NCBI GenBank assembly: GCA_945900965.1
Contig: CAMDKM010000008.1
Location: forward strand, 33,302-97,301
Direction: 5' to 3'
DNA from: Bordetella parapertussis
GTDB taxonomy: Bacteria; Pseudomonadota; Gammaproteobacteria; Burkholderiales; JACQAP01
Length of the DNA stretch: 64,000 nt
The position numbers and the translations under genes are program-made. Shown here piece after piece: positions 9,345 through 18,637 of the stretch. The notes under the pieces were generated by a model. It searched no databases. It was given only the letters and a program-made list of their open reading frames with translations, and was not told the origin of the DNA. Numbering within the stretch: position 1 is the stretch's first letter; every line of letters starts with the position of its first letter.

Positions 9345-9400
9345 ATAAAGAAGCTGCTTACTCGAACGTTTTGTCAGCAGGAAATCACAAGGACATCTTG

Positions 9401-10762
9401 ATGGAAAACGGGGAAAAATGGTCGGGGCGAACAGGGTTCATTCTGGCGACCATGGGTTCGGCGGTCGGCATCGGCAGCATCTGGAAATTTCCCTACGAAG
9501 TCGGATCCAATGGCGGCGGTGCCTTTGTCCTCTGCTACCTGGCAGGTCTGGTGCTGGTCGTTGCGCCGCTGTTGCTCGCCGAGTTTGCTATCGGACGCCG
9601 TGGCCGCGGCGACGCGTCAACGAGCATCGCCAATCTGGCCAGGCCTCTGGCGGCCAGTCCGCGTTGGGTCGTCGCGGGTTGGCTGGGTATGGTCACCGGG
9701 TTTCTTATCCTGAGTTTCTATGCCGTCATCGGGGGCTGGGCGCTGGGTTACGCTATGGATACCGCGTTTAACGGGCTGGCTGGCGGCGATGCAGCCATGG
9801 CGCGCGCCCGTTTCGACGCATTCCTGTCTTCGCCTTTCTCTCTCGGTGGGTGGCATGCGGCATTTATGCTTGCAACAGTTTTTATCGTCGCCCGGGGCGT
9901 GGCAAAAGGCATCGAGGCCGCTTCCATGATCCTCATGCCCGTACTCGCCGTCCTGATGATCGCACTTGCCGCCTATTCGATCATTGAGGGCGACGCCCTG
10001 CGCACTCTGCGTTACCTCTTTGTCTTCGACCCGGCAACATTTAATGCGCGTGCCGCGCTGGATGCCTTGGGCCTGGGCTTTTTTTCAATTGGCGTCGGCC
10101 TTGGGCTGATGATTACCTACGGCGCCTACAGCGGTAAGGATATCCGTCTGGGCGAAGTAGCGTTGATCTCGGTGATCGGCGACACGGCCATTTCTATCCT
10201 TGCGGGATTTGCGGTATTTCCCGTCGTGTTTGCCCACGGCCTCGACCCGGCGAGCGGGCCCGGCCTGGTGTTCGTGACGTTGCCAATCGCCTTTGCCCAG
10301 ATGCCTTTCGGCACATTTGCGGCCATCGCATTTTTTGTATTGCTCGTCGTGGCGGCGCTTGCCTCCGCGGTGTCACTATTGGAACTCGTGGTTTCGTTCG
10401 GAGTCGGCAGACTGGGAATGCGACGAATCCATGCGAGCTGGGCCGCTGGCGCGGGCTGCTTCCTGGCGGGAATCCCGACCGTACTCTCGTTCAACCTGCT
10501 GGCCGACTGGCATCCCCTTTCCGGGATTGCCGCTTTCGAACGCTGGACTTTTTTCGACATGCTGGACAACCTGACTTCCAATGTCCTGCTACCGGTTGGG
10601 GGGCTTCTTATCGCGCTCTTCGCCGGTTGGGTACTTCCGATGACAACGATCAGCGAGGAATTGAATCTGGGAAGACGCGGCCGAATGATATTGCATGGGC
10701 TGCTTCGCTATGTGGTTCCCACCGGTATCGGCGCCGTGACGCTTTTGCCGTTGTTCCTGTAA
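9401..10762 (+). CDS. Neurotransmitter:sodium symporter (NSS/SNF) family transporter
   Basis: GSAVGIGSIWKFPYEVGSNGGGAFV signature and a multi-TM body. Start moved to ATG 9401 because the ORF-track TTG start lies in the MITE fragment. Confidence 0.9.
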   Translation: MENGEKWSGRTGFILATMGSAVGIGSIWKFPYEVGSNGGGAFVLCYLAGLVLVVAPLLLAEFAIGRRGRGDASTSIANLARPLAASPRWVVAGWLGMVTGFLILSFYAVIGGWALGYAMDTAFNGLAGGDAAMARARFDAFLSSPFSLGGWHAAFMLATVFIVARGVAKGIEAASMILMPVLAVLMIALAAYSIIEGDALRTLRYLFVFDPATFNARAALDALGLGFFSIGVGLGLMITYGAYSGKDIRLGEVALISVIGDTAISILAGFAVFPVVFAHGLDPASGPGLVFVTLPIAFAQMPFGTFAAIAFFVLLVVAALASAVSLLELVVSFGVGRLGMRRIHASWAAGAGCFLAGIPTVLSFNLLADWHPLSGIAAFERWTFFDMLDNLTSNVLLPVGGLLIALFAGWVLPMTTISEELNLGRRGRMILHGLLRYVVPTGIGAVTLLPLFL

Positions 10763-10792
10763 CTCTAAGCCGGACAAGCCTGAATTTACCTG

Positions 10793-10842
10793 AGAAGTGA
10801 ACGAGTGAATGTGTGAAGGGTGAAGGGTGAAAGGTAAAAAAG
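10793..10842. repeat. GTGAA-type array
   Basis: Sequence is gagaagtgaacgagtgaatgtgtgaagggtgaagggtgaaaggt. Confidence 0.85.
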
Positions 10843-10893
10843 CAAACGCATCGCATTGCGGCGCTCTATTCACCGTAAACCGCATTTCCAGCG

Positions 10894-11106
10894 TCAGGAA
10901 TCGTCCTTGAGCTTGCGCAAAGACCCGCGGCGGCTGGCGGAAAGTTCCACCGCGGCTTCCCATTTGGCTTCCATCCGCGTGATGCGATGGTCGTGATCGC
11001 GCAACTCGCGTGCGACGTCCTTGATCGTTTCGCCGATACGCTTTACATCCTCGGTCAATTTGAGCGCTTCCTTGACGGCGCCGATGGCGTCGCTTAACAC
11101 GCTCAT
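10894..11106 (-). CDS. Hypothetical 70-aa coiled-coil-like protein
   Basis: ATGA overlap with the upstream RHH gene. No family recognised. Confidence 0.45.
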   Translation of the reverse strand: MSVLSDAIGAVKEALKLTEDVKRIGETIKDVARELRDHDHRITRMEAKWEAAVELSASRRGSLRKLKDDS

Positions 11107-11417
11107 GATCGATTCTCAGCCACTTTGCGGGCGCTGCGGGCAGAGGGCATAGTGGCTATTCCTTCGCGCCTGGCGCGCAGTTCGGCGAGAACGGCCTGCG
11201 CCTCATCGAGACCGCTCTTCAGGGTTTTTTTGGCGGCGGCAACCGCTTTGTTGAGCTCGCTGGTCAGCGCGCCAAGCACCGCTTCATCCTGGCTGGGACG
11301 GCGCTCGCAACGCGAGCGCACCAGTTCGGCGACGCTGACGCCCTCGAGCCGCGCTTCTTTGCTTAGAAAGGTCTTGAAGTCCGGCGAGGTGAGTAAGGTT
11401 ACGCGTTGTGTTTTCAT
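11103..11417 (-). CDS. Ribbon-helix-helix-like small protein
   Basis: MKTQRVTLLTSPDFKTFLSKEARLEGVSVAELVRSR has an RHH-like N-terminus. Start trimmed to ATG 11417. Confidence 0.5.
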   Translation of the reverse strand: MKTQRVTLLTSPDFKTFLSKEARLEGVSVAELVRSRCERRPSQDEAVLGALTSELNKAVAAAKKTLKSGLDEAQAVLAELRARREGIATMPSARSARKVAENRS

Positions 11418-11611
11418 GATGGCCTGGGAAGTGTATGTGCATGGACATGATAATGTGCATGCGCCAATTGGGTCAATCCCCACGATTCAACAAGTTCGGG
11501 AGACACTCGCGACCATCTGCCTGTCCGGAAGAGAATGTCCGGAAGAGAATTGTGGGTAAGGCGAATTTTCATTACAATTGTGAAAGTTAATGCGACCGTG
11601 AGGACGATGCA

Positions 11612-11863
11612 ATGACCAAGTTGACTGTTACCGCCAAAGGTCAAGTAACTTTCAGGAAAGACTTGCTGCAACATTTGGGCATCAGGCCGGGCGACAAGAT
11701 CGAGCTCGATCTGCTGCCGGGCGGCCGTGGGATGCTCAAGGCTGCACGGCCCGCCGGTACAATCAAGGATTTCGTCGGATTGCTTGCACGCCGAACCAAA
11801 AAAGTCGCCACTATTGAAGAAATCAACAAGGCGGCGGCACGAGGTTGGGCCGGCAAGAAATGA
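11612..11863 (+). CDS. vapB: AbrB/SpoVT-type antitoxin (VapB-like)
   Basis: Contains TVTAKGQVTFRKDLLQHLGIRPGDKIELDL. ATGA overlap with the PIN gene. Confidence 0.8.
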   Translation: MTKLTVTAKGQVTFRKDLLQHLGIRPGDKIELDLLPGGRGMLKAARPAGTIKDFVGLLARRTKKVATIEEINKAAARGWAGKK

Positions 11864-12255
11864 AGATCGCCGTTGATACCAACGTGCTGATTCGTGCGGT
11901 CGTGCGCGACGATGCGGCGCAAGCGCGTGTTGCGGCCAAGGTCTTGTCCGACGCGAAATTGATCGCGATCGCACTGCCGTGCCTGTGTGAATTCGTGTGG
12001 GTGCTGCGCAGCGTGTATGGTTTTGCATCCACGGACGCCGCAAGCGCGATCCGCGCATTACTCGCAACCGCAAACGTGGAAATAAACAGACCGGCCGTCG
12101 AGGCAGGTTTATCCGTGCTCGATGCGGGCGGGGATTTCGCCGATGGCGTAATTGCCTACGAGGGCAACTGGTTAGGCGGTGAAACGTTCGTTTCGTTCGA
12201 CAAACAGTTGGTGGGCCTGCTCAAGGCACAGGGGCATTCTGCGCGGCTGTTGTGA
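11860..12255 (+). CDS. vapC: PIN-domain toxin (VapC-like)
   Basis: Begins MKIAVDTNVLIRAVVRDD and has acidic PIN residues. Confidence 0.8.
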   Translation: MKIAVDTNVLIRAVVRDDAAQARVAAKVLSDAKLIAIALPCLCEFVWVLRSVYGFASTDAASAIRALLATANVEINRPAVEAGLSVLDAGGDFADGVIAYEGNWLGGETFVSFDKQLVGLLKAQGHSARLL

Positions 12256-12758
12256 ACGCGGACCGCACCGCAGACAGGGTCTCCTGTATTGCACGGCATC
12301 TGGATTTCGTCACAAGCCTCGGCGCTGACTGCGCGGTCGACTACACGGCCGAGGACTTCATGCAAATCGGCGAGACCTTCGATTTCGTGTTCGACACCGT
12401 AGGCAAGACGACGAACTTCCGTTGCCGGCAATTGCCCAAACCCGAAAAGGCCTTTGCAGCAACGGATTCGGGCCCTGGTGCCAGAACCTTCTGCTCACGA
12501 TCTGGTCAGCGATCACCGGGGAGCCACAGGGTCATCGTTCTGCTGCCGCAGAGCGGCAAGGCCAAGGCGTTTGTCGGGTTCTTGAAGATCCGCATGGAGG
12601 CAGGCGAATTCCGCCCGGTCATCGACCGGGAACATCCCCTCGAGGACATCGCAGACGCCTATCGCTATGTGGAAACAGAGCAGGAGACCTGGATCGTCGT
12701 TATCAACGTAAGGTCCGTCGGCGCAAACGCGAGAGGGCCGTTGGTCCGCTTGCGTTAG
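12256..12758 (+). pseudogene. 3' remnant of an MDR-family zinc-type dehydrogenase/quinone oxidoreductase
   Basis: Only the C-terminal half is present (HLDFVTSLGADCAVDYTAEDFMQIGETFDFVFDTVGK ... MEAGEFRPVIDREHPLEDIADAYRYVETEQ). The middle switches frame (GPWCQNLLLTIWSAITG is in the 12422 frame). It starts right after the vapC stop. Confidence 0.7.
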
Positions 12759-12853
12759 TGATGCAGGGCTGGGATGAGTCGAGTGCCGGCGCTACCGACG
12801 AACGGCCGATCGGTGGCCATTCCAGTCGGGGTCGGGCGTTGCAGTCGCCGGGC

Positions 12854-13867
12854 TCATGGGCTGACGGATCGAGCCAGCAACTCGACGATTTCGGTCTGCA
12901 CTTCGTTGTCATGCCGCACGAGCAGATGCCCGCCGTCCTCGAAGCCGACAAACTTCGCCCCTGGAATGCGGCTAGCGGTGTACTGGGCCGTGGCGTAGGT
13001 GCCGAAGCCATCGTCGCGTGCGCTGATTACCAAGGTCGGCGCGCGGACGGACTCCAGTTGGTACGGGCGGAGGCTCTTGCCCAGCCTCGTGTCGTCGCGC
13101 AGACCTGCGGCGCGGATGGACACCGGCAAGATCTGATCGGCCATGGCGTTCACTCGCGCGTGTTCTTGTGCGCTCGCGGCAGCGATCTGTTCGGGAGGGG
13201 TAGCCAACACATAGCGGAAAACCTGGTCGCGCGCCAATGTCAGGGCGGCCCAGACCAGGAAATCCGAGCCGAGCAGGCGCAGGAGCAGCGCGTCCTTTTT
13301 GTCCGACACCGGCGGCGCAGAGTCGGCCACTGTGCCCGGCTTGTAGGCGATAGGAACCACCAGCACAAGGACGCTGACACGCTCTGGATGACGGATCGCC
13401 GTTTGCAGCGCCGAAGGGCCACCGGCCGAGACTCCGATGACGGCCGCTTTTTTGACGCCCAGCGCGTCGAGCAGGCACACATGAGCATTGGCCTGCGCCT
13501 CGGGTGAAGCATCGGCGGGTCTGGGTGTTCCCAGGTATCCGAAGCGCGACGGCGCGATGACGCGCACACCCTGCTGCACGAGCGGTCGTGCCCAGGCCAT
13601 GCCCTGGTCGTGTCCTCCGCCGGAGCCGTGAATCATCAACAGTGGGACGCCTTGACCGGCTGCTTGGTATTCGATGGAGCCGCAGCGTGTTTGAATCATT
13701 ACGCCGCCCTGCGCGGTGCGGGCGCGCGCAGCGGAGATGTCTAGTTGGAAATTGCGCCAGACAAGTAAGCCCGCGACCAATGTCATCAGCGCGACTGCGG
13801 TCAGGATGAATCGTGTCGTGGAACCGGGAATCTTTTTCACTTGAGGACCCTGGATTCCCGTTTCCAC
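12854..13867 (-). CDS. Alpha/beta-hydrolase with N-terminal membrane anchor
   Basis: Contains LLMIHGSGGGHD and the nucleophile elbow GVSAGG. The current start is a GTG inside a 38-bp insertion. The ancestral ATG appears to be at 13893. Confidence 0.8.
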   Translation of the reverse strand: METGIQGPQVKKIPGSTTRFILTAVALMTLVAGLLVWRNFQLDISAARARTAQGGVMIQTRCGSIEYQAAGQGVPLLMIHGSGGGHDQGMAWARPLVQQGVRVIAPSRFGYLGTPRPADASPEAQANAHVCLLDALGVKKAAVIGVSAGGPSALQTAIRHPERVSVLVLVVPIAYKPGTVADSAPPVSDKKDALLLRLLGSDFLVWAALTLARDQVFRYVLATPPEQIAAASAQEHARVNAMADQILPVSIRAAGLRDDTRLGKSLRPYQLESVRAPTLVISARDDGFGTYATAQYTASRIPGAKFVGFEDGGHLLVRHDNEVQTEIVELLARSVSP

Positions 13868-13885
13868 GGTAATGACACTTGAGGA
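13848..13885. mobile_element. 28-bp RS3-core mini-insertion plus a 10-bp direct duplication (cacttgagga)
   Basis: cacttgagga occurs at 13838-13847 and 13876-13885, flanking ccctggattcccgtttccacggtaatga. Confidence 0.7.
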
Positions 13886-14005
13886 GGACTCATTTACGCC
13901 AGAAAAAGCTATTTGCCACAGTGGACACAGAGGAAAATCAAAAATGCAAGCTGTGCTTTATGCTGACCCATTCGGTGACTGCGGCATGCAGACTCAAGTC
14001 CTTGA

Positions 14006-14040
14006 ATCTCACTGTGTTCTCTGTGACCTCTGTGGCTGAA
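14006..14040. repeat. CACAGAGG-family repeat copy
   Basis: tctcactgtgttctctgtgacctctgtggctgaa. Relatives at 31712-31765 and 57506-57643. Confidence 0.7.
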
Positions 14041-14054
14041 TGCGGTGCTTAGGT

Positions 14055-14768
14055 TCAGAGATTCCCGAGGCACAGCAACCCAGAGTGAATGTGCTTGTCG
14101 ATTTGTGTGGCATGTGCAAGCCCATAGAGTCCGAAACCTCCAATAACCACGCCGGAGGTCAGCCGCCAAATTTTGTCCAGGTGCTTGGGCCGAAGATAGT
14201 GCAGCAGCGCACCCGCGGCTAGCAAGTTGGGGAGGGTGCCCAGGCCGAATATCAGCATCATTGCGCCGCCGTTCATGGCGCTTCCCGACAGCAAGGCCAT
14301 GGCCAGGGCGCCATACACCAGACCGCATGGCATGAAGCCCCATAGCAGACCGACGGAGAGAGCCCTTGGCCAAGTCCGCGGCGGAATAAGGGCACGAGTG
14401 ATCGGCGCGATCCATCGCCAGAGCTTGCCGCCCCAACTTTCCACACGGGCAATGGGTTTGTTCCACCCCAGCAGATAGCAGCCGACCATCAGCAGAAGCG
14501 CGTTGGCGAGGACATAGACCCCGATCTGAACGGGAATCCATTTCTCTAACATCGCCGCCATGCTGCCCACACCTCCCACCACGACGCCGAGGACACCGTA
14601 ACTCAGGATTCGCCCGGTGTGGAGCGACATGCGCAGTTGTGCCGCATTGCCACCCGACGACAGGGCGCCGAAGATCCCGCCGCACATTCCCACGCAATGT
14701 AATCCGCCCAACAATCCGGCAAGGAAAAGGCTGAGCAAGACGCTGGTATTCACCGGGTATGCAACCAT
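14055..14768 (-). CDS. DsbD_2/TauE-like membrane protein with an HCxGMCGG motif
   Basis: LLGGLHCVGMCGGIFGAL and a second FMPCGLVYGA motif. Last gene of the cco cluster. Confidence 0.75.
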   Translation of the reverse strand: MVAYPVNTSVLLSLFLAGLLGGLHCVGMCGGIFGALSSGGNAAQLRMSLHTGRILSYGVLGVVVGGVGSMAAMLEKWIPVQIGVYVLANALLLMVGCYLLGWNKPIARVESWGGKLWRWIAPITRALIPPRTWPRALSVGLLWGFMPCGLVYGALAMALLSGSAMNGGAMMLIFGLGTLPNLLAAGALLHYLRPKHLDKIWRLTSGVVIGGFGLYGLAHATQIDKHIHSGLLCLGNL

Positions 14769-14962
14769 TTTGTCAGGCCGCTCGACGCCGCGGCCACCAG
14801 CCAGAAACCAAAGAACCCGATGGAGTAGACGGCCGTGCGGCCCACTTCGATGGGTTCGCCCAGTAAATGAAGCTCCATGGGATCGAAAAACGTGAAGAAG
14901 ATGGCTTCCGCTACCCCGGCGACCAGGAAGGACGGCCAGAGAATTTCAATTGCCGTTCGCAT
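14750..14962 (-). CDS. 70-aa membrane protein, hypothetical
   Basis: Two hydrophobic helices. Overlaps both neighbours (17 and 19 nt) as in a coupled operon. Confidence 0.5.
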   Translation of the reverse strand: MRTAIEILWPSFLVAGVAEAIFFTFFDPMELHLLGEPIEVGRTAVYSIGFFGFWLVAAASSGLTKWLHTR

Positions 14963-15461
14963 GGTTGCCGTACTCCGGAATCCACTCGCCCGCTATGCGC
15001 CAGGTGCCCGCAGAGTCCTCGATGTGAAAATACCACTTCGATGAACTCGCCATGTCCGCTTGATTCAAGCTGCCTTCATAGAGGCCTGCTCCCCGTAAAA
15101 CGAGTTGCACCTGATGATCACGGCTGCCCCGCGTGGGATGGATAAGACGCAGGCGAAGTTCATTGGGCATTTGGCCGATTCCGCGCAGCAGCACACGCAC
15201 TGTTTCCCCAGAGGAAAAAGATAGCTGCGTCCGATAGTCGAGCAGCCGTGCCTGTTGTTCGCGCTCGATCACGCGATTTATGCCCAGACCTTCCTTGTAG
15301 TAGTTGCCTGGAACCATGGGATTCTCGCTGTTCAGCGCCAGAGCGTAGGTGACGATGCCGGCAACAATTGCGGCAATTGGTCCGGCCATGAGAATCCACG
15401 GCCAGGGTTCGGAATACCAGGGGGCGGGGTTTGCAGTGACAGATTGTTCCGTCATGTTCAT
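14946..15461 (-). CDS. ccoH: FixH/CcoH cbb3 assembly protein
   Basis: PWYSEPWPWILMAGPIAAIVAGIVT anchor, plus position directly after ccoG. Confidence 0.8.
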   Translation of the reverse strand: MNMTEQSVTANPAPWYSEPWPWILMAGPIAAIVAGIVTYALALNSENPMVPGNYYKEGLGINRVIEREQQARLLDYRTQLSFSSGETVRVLLRGIGQMPNELRLRLIHPTRGSRDHQVQLVLRGAGLYEGSLNQADMASSSKWYFHIEDSAGTWRIAGEWIPEYGNHANGN

Positions 15462-15464
15462 CTC

Positions 15465-16937
15465 CTAGGGAATCAGAAAACTCGCCTTCTCCACAACTAC
15501 GATTGACGCTCCCTGTGCCGAGGTATCCACCGTTTCCACCCTGAATTCGATCCGGAGGGATCCGCTCTTTCCGCTGGCGGCGGGAGCCAGCACCCGAACC
15601 GGCACGACGCGCGTCGAGGCGGGACCCACACGTACCGGTTGCGGTTCGCTTTGCAATATGATGCCATCCAGTCCCGTGACCCGGACCCGGAATTCGTGGG
15701 GGCGTTCCTCGGTATTCATGATTCTCAGGCGATAGACGTTTTCCACCTCTGCCTGCGAGACATCGTGGCCGACACTGCCGCGGTCCCGGATGACATTGAC
15801 TTTGACCGGGACGCGCCCGTACAAACTGATCGTGGCCGCCGAGATGATGGCGACCAGAATGCCGGCGTAGATCAGTATTCTTGGCCGGATCATGTGGCGC
15901 AGAATGGCCTTGCCGGAATACTTGCGCTTGAGCGCGTTCTCCGTGGAGTAGCGTATCAATCCCGCGGGATAGCTCATCTTGGCCATGACTTGATTGCAGC
16001 CATCGATGCAGGCCCCGCAGCCGATGCACTCGTACTGCAATCCGTTGCGGATATCGATGCCGGTGGGACAGACCTGCACGCAGATTCCGCAATCCACGCA
16101 GTCGCCCAGTCCCCTGGCTTTCGGGTCCACCTTTCGGGCGCGGGATCCGCGCGGTTCTCCGCGCTCCTTGTCGTAGGTGATGACCAGCGTATCGGGATCG
16201 AACATGACCGCCTGGAAGCGGGCGTAGGGGCACATGTACTTGCAGACCTGTTCGCGCATCCAGCCGGCGTTGCCGTAGGTGGCAAAGCCGTAAAACAATA
16301 CCCAGAAGGTTTCCCAAGGTCCGAGGCTTCGCGTCATGACTTCCGCCGCCAGTGTCTGGATGGGCGTGAAATAGCCCACGAAAGTAAAACCCGTCCACAA
16401 GGACAAGGCGATCCACAACGCATGTTTGGTGAGCTTGAGCCGAAACTTGCGTTGGCTCGATCCGCCCTGGTCCAGTTTCATGCGGGCCAGGCGATCGCCT
16501 TCGACCTGGCGCTCGATCCACAGGAACATTTCCGTGTACACCGTTTGCGGGCAGGCGTAACCGCACCACAGGCGCCCGGCCACCGCAGTGAACAAAAAAA
16601 GCGCATAGGCGCTGATGATCAACAGCACAGTCAGGTAAACGATGTCCTGCGGCCAGAAGACCAGGCCGAAGATGTAGAACTTGCGATTCGCCAGATCGAA
16701 CAACACGGCCTGCCGGTCGTTCCATGCCAGCCACGGAACGCCGTAGAAGACGATTTGTGTCAGCCATACGATAGCCCAGCGCCAGGCGGCGAAAATGCCG
16801 GTGACGGCACGCGGATAAATCTTCTGGCGTATTTCATAGAGGCCGACATCGGGGAAAGGCGGTGAGGCGTGAGGCGCGAGGCGCGAGGCGTTCCCTGCCG
16901 CGCCAATTCCCTCCTCACTTGTTGGTCGAAAGACCAT
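15465..16937 (-). CDS. ccoG: CcoG/FixG 4Fe-4S ferredoxin-type assembly protein
   Basis: CVDCGICVQVCP and CIGCGACIDGC motifs. ATG 16937 overlaps the ccoP end by 23 nt. N-terminal residues RLAPHASPP are encoded by a ggtgaggcg array. Confidence 0.85.
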   Translation of the reverse strand: MVFRPTSEEGIGAAGNASRLAPHASPPFPDVGLYEIRQKIYPRAVTGIFAAWRWAIVWLTQIVFYGVPWLAWNDRQAVLFDLANRKFYIFGLVFWPQDIVYLTVLLIISAYALFLFTAVAGRLWCGYACPQTVYTEMFLWIERQVEGDRLARMKLDQGGSSQRKFRLKLTKHALWIALSLWTGFTFVGYFTPIQTLAAEVMTRSLGPWETFWVLFYGFATYGNAGWMREQVCKYMCPYARFQAVMFDPDTLVITYDKERGEPRGSRARKVDPKARGLGDCVDCGICVQVCPTGIDIRNGLQYECIGCGACIDGCNQVMAKMSYPAGLIRYSTENALKRKYSGKAILRHMIRPRILIYAGILVAIISAATISLYGRVPVKVNVIRDRGSVGHDVSQAEVENVYRLRIMNTEERPHEFRVRVTGLDGIILQSEPQPVRVGPASTRVVPVRVLAPAASGKSGSLRIEFRVETVDTSAQGASIVVVEKASFLIP

Positions 16938-17823
16938 AGACGTAAGCCGACAGCAGATGCACTTTGGATTCGCCCAGAAAAGGTCCCCAGGCCGGCATCA
17001 TGTTGCCGCTTCGACCATTGGTCACCGTCTTCATGATGGCGCTTTCGCCGCTGCCATATAACCAGATTTTGTCGGTTAAATCAGGGGCGCCGATGACGGG
17101 ATTGCCTTTTGCCTCGGGCCCATGGCAAGCCGCGCAAGTGGCCTGAAACAGTGGCTTGCCGCGTGCCGATCGCGCTGTATCGTGCGTCAGCCCGGAAAGC
17201 GACAAGACATAATTGGCCGCGTCCTGGACGCCCTGGTCTCCCAACACGCCGCCTAAGGGTGGCATCACTCCTTGCCGACCATTCATGATGCTGGTCTTGA
17301 TCTGATCGGGCTCGCCACCGTAGAGCCAATCGCGGTCGGTTAAATTGGGAAAGCCCTGGCCCCCGCGCGCGTCGGAGGCGTGGCATTGCGCGCAGTGGTT
17401 GAGAAACAGGCGTTGGCCAATTTCCCGAGCGGCGGGATCCGCGGCCAGCAACTTGACATCCGTCGCCGCGAATTTTTCGTAAGCCGGTTCGAATTTCGCT
17501 TTCGCCTGAGCGATCTCGCCGTCGAACTGTCCGGTGGAAGTCCATCCTTTCACACCGGCAAAAGATCCCAAACCCGGATACAACACCAGGTAGGCAATAC
17601 TGAATACGATGGTGATGTAGAACATCCACATCCACCATCGCGGCAGAGGGTTGTTGTACTCCTGCAAGTCTTCATCCCATACATGCCCCATGAGCTCCGC
17701 CTTCTTGCCCTGCGAGAGGCGCTGCGTCGTCATGACTTTTAGCAGAATCGCGCAGGCGGCGATACTTATCACAGTGACCGCCGCGATGTAGAAACTCCAG
17801 AAACCGCTGGTGAAATCGCTCAC
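16915..17823 (-). CDS. ccoP: cbb3 oxidase diheme cytochrome c subunit III
   Basis: CAQCH and CAACH motifs. The GTG start overlaps the ccoQ stop (GTGA). Confidence 0.9.
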   Translation of the reverse strand: MSDFTSGFWSFYIAAVTVISIAACAILLKVMTTQRLSQGKKAELMGHVWDEDLQEYNNPLPRWWMWMFYITIVFSIAYLVLYPGLGSFAGVKGWTSTGQFDGEIAQAKAKFEPAYEKFAATDVKLLAADPAAREIGQRLFLNHCAQCHASDARGGQGFPNLTDRDWLYGGEPDQIKTSIMNGRQGVMPPLGGVLGDQGVQDAANYVLSLSGLTHDTARSARGKPLFQATCAACHGPEAKGNPVIGAPDLTDKIWLYGSGESAIMKTVTNGRSGNMMPAWGPFLGESKVHLLSAYVYGLSTNK

Positions 17824-17993
17824 GGCGCACTCCTTTCCTGGTTTGCCCCGGTGCGGTCCTGGTCATCCAGAATGTGGCGTCCGATGCCATCCAGCAGCCT
17901 CCGGCGCCCGGGTGCGTAGGCCCAGCCCACCACGCCCAGAAACAGGAAAAAACTTGCCACCATCACTGCAATGCGAATTTCGTTCACGTCCAT
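17820..17993 (-). CDS. ccoQ: cbb3 oxidase small subunit CcoQ (57 aa, absent from the ORF track)
   Basis: Hand translation gives MDVNEIRIAVMVASFFLFLGVVGWAYAPGRRRLLDGIGRHILDDQDRTGANQERSAP. It exactly fills the ccoO-ccoP gap. Confidence 0.8.
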   Translation of the reverse strand: MDVNEIRIAVMVASFFLFLGVVGWAYAPGRRRLLDGIGRHILDDQDRTGANQERSAP

Positions 17994-17995
17994 GG

Positions 17996-18625
17996 TTATC
18001 GCACTCCCTTCAATGACGTTCCCAATCCCTGCAAATAGGCAATAAGCGCGTCGGCTTCGGTTTTGCCCTTGACTTCATCGCGTGCCCCGGCGAGCTGCTC
18101 GTCCGTGTAAGGCACGCCAATATGGCGCAGGGCGCGCATCTTGGCTTCGATCTGGGCATCGTCGGCGGGAGTCTTTTCCAGCCATGGATAACCCGGCATG
18201 TTGGATTCCGGCACCACATCGCGCGGATTGTTCAAATGCAGCAGATGCCAATGGTCGCTATAACGCCCTCCCACCCGATGCAGATCGGGCCCGGTGCGTT
18301 TGCTGCCCCATTGGAAGGGATGGTCGTAAACATATTCTCCGGCAACGGAGTAGTGCCCGTAGCGTTCGGTTTCGGCGCGGAAGGGCCGGATCATCTGCGA
18401 GTGGCAGGTGTAACAACCTTCTCTTACGTAAATATCCCGTCCGGTGAGTTGCAGCGGACCATAGGGTTGCAGGCCTGTCACGGGTTCCGTGGTGGAGCGC
18501 TGAAAGAACAGCGGGACGATCTCGACCAGGCCGGCGACGCTGACCACCAGGATGATCAGCAGGATCATCCAACCCATGTTTGTTTCGATGAACTCGTGGC
18601 CGGAGCCTGTTGCGTGTTTTGCCAT
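17996..18625 (-). CDS. ccoO: cbb3 oxidase monoheme cytochrome c subunit II
   Basis: [12 protein letters not shown] motif. Confidence 0.95.
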   Translation of the reverse strand: MAKHATGSGHEFIETNMGWMILLIILVVSVAGLVEIVPLFFQRSTTEPVTGLQPYGPLQLTGRDIYVREGCYTCHSQMIRPFRAETERYGHYSVAGEYVYDHPFQWGSKRTGPDLHRVGGRYSDHWHLLHLNNPRDVVPESNMPGYPWLEKTPADDAQIEAKMRALRHIGVPYTDEQLAGARDEVKGKTEADALIAYLQGLGTSLKGVR

Positions 18626-18637
18626 GATTGCCTCCGG

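Noticed and set aside
9257-9400. N-terminal 48-aa extension of the NSS transporter from the ORF track (TTG start)
   Set aside because: The extension is encoded by the MITE fragment (tgtcattccc...). The conserved NSS N-terminus begins after ATG 9401.
12422-13507. 361-aa plus-strand ORF
   Set aside because: Its first part is simply the second frame of the frameshifted dehydrogenase remnant. The rest is antisense to the alpha/beta-hydrolase gene.
15160-16767. 535-aa minus-strand ORF overlapping ccoG and ccoH in another frame
   Set aside because: It is an alternative frame of genes with clear ferredoxin and FixH signatures. The translation is R/G/H-rich.
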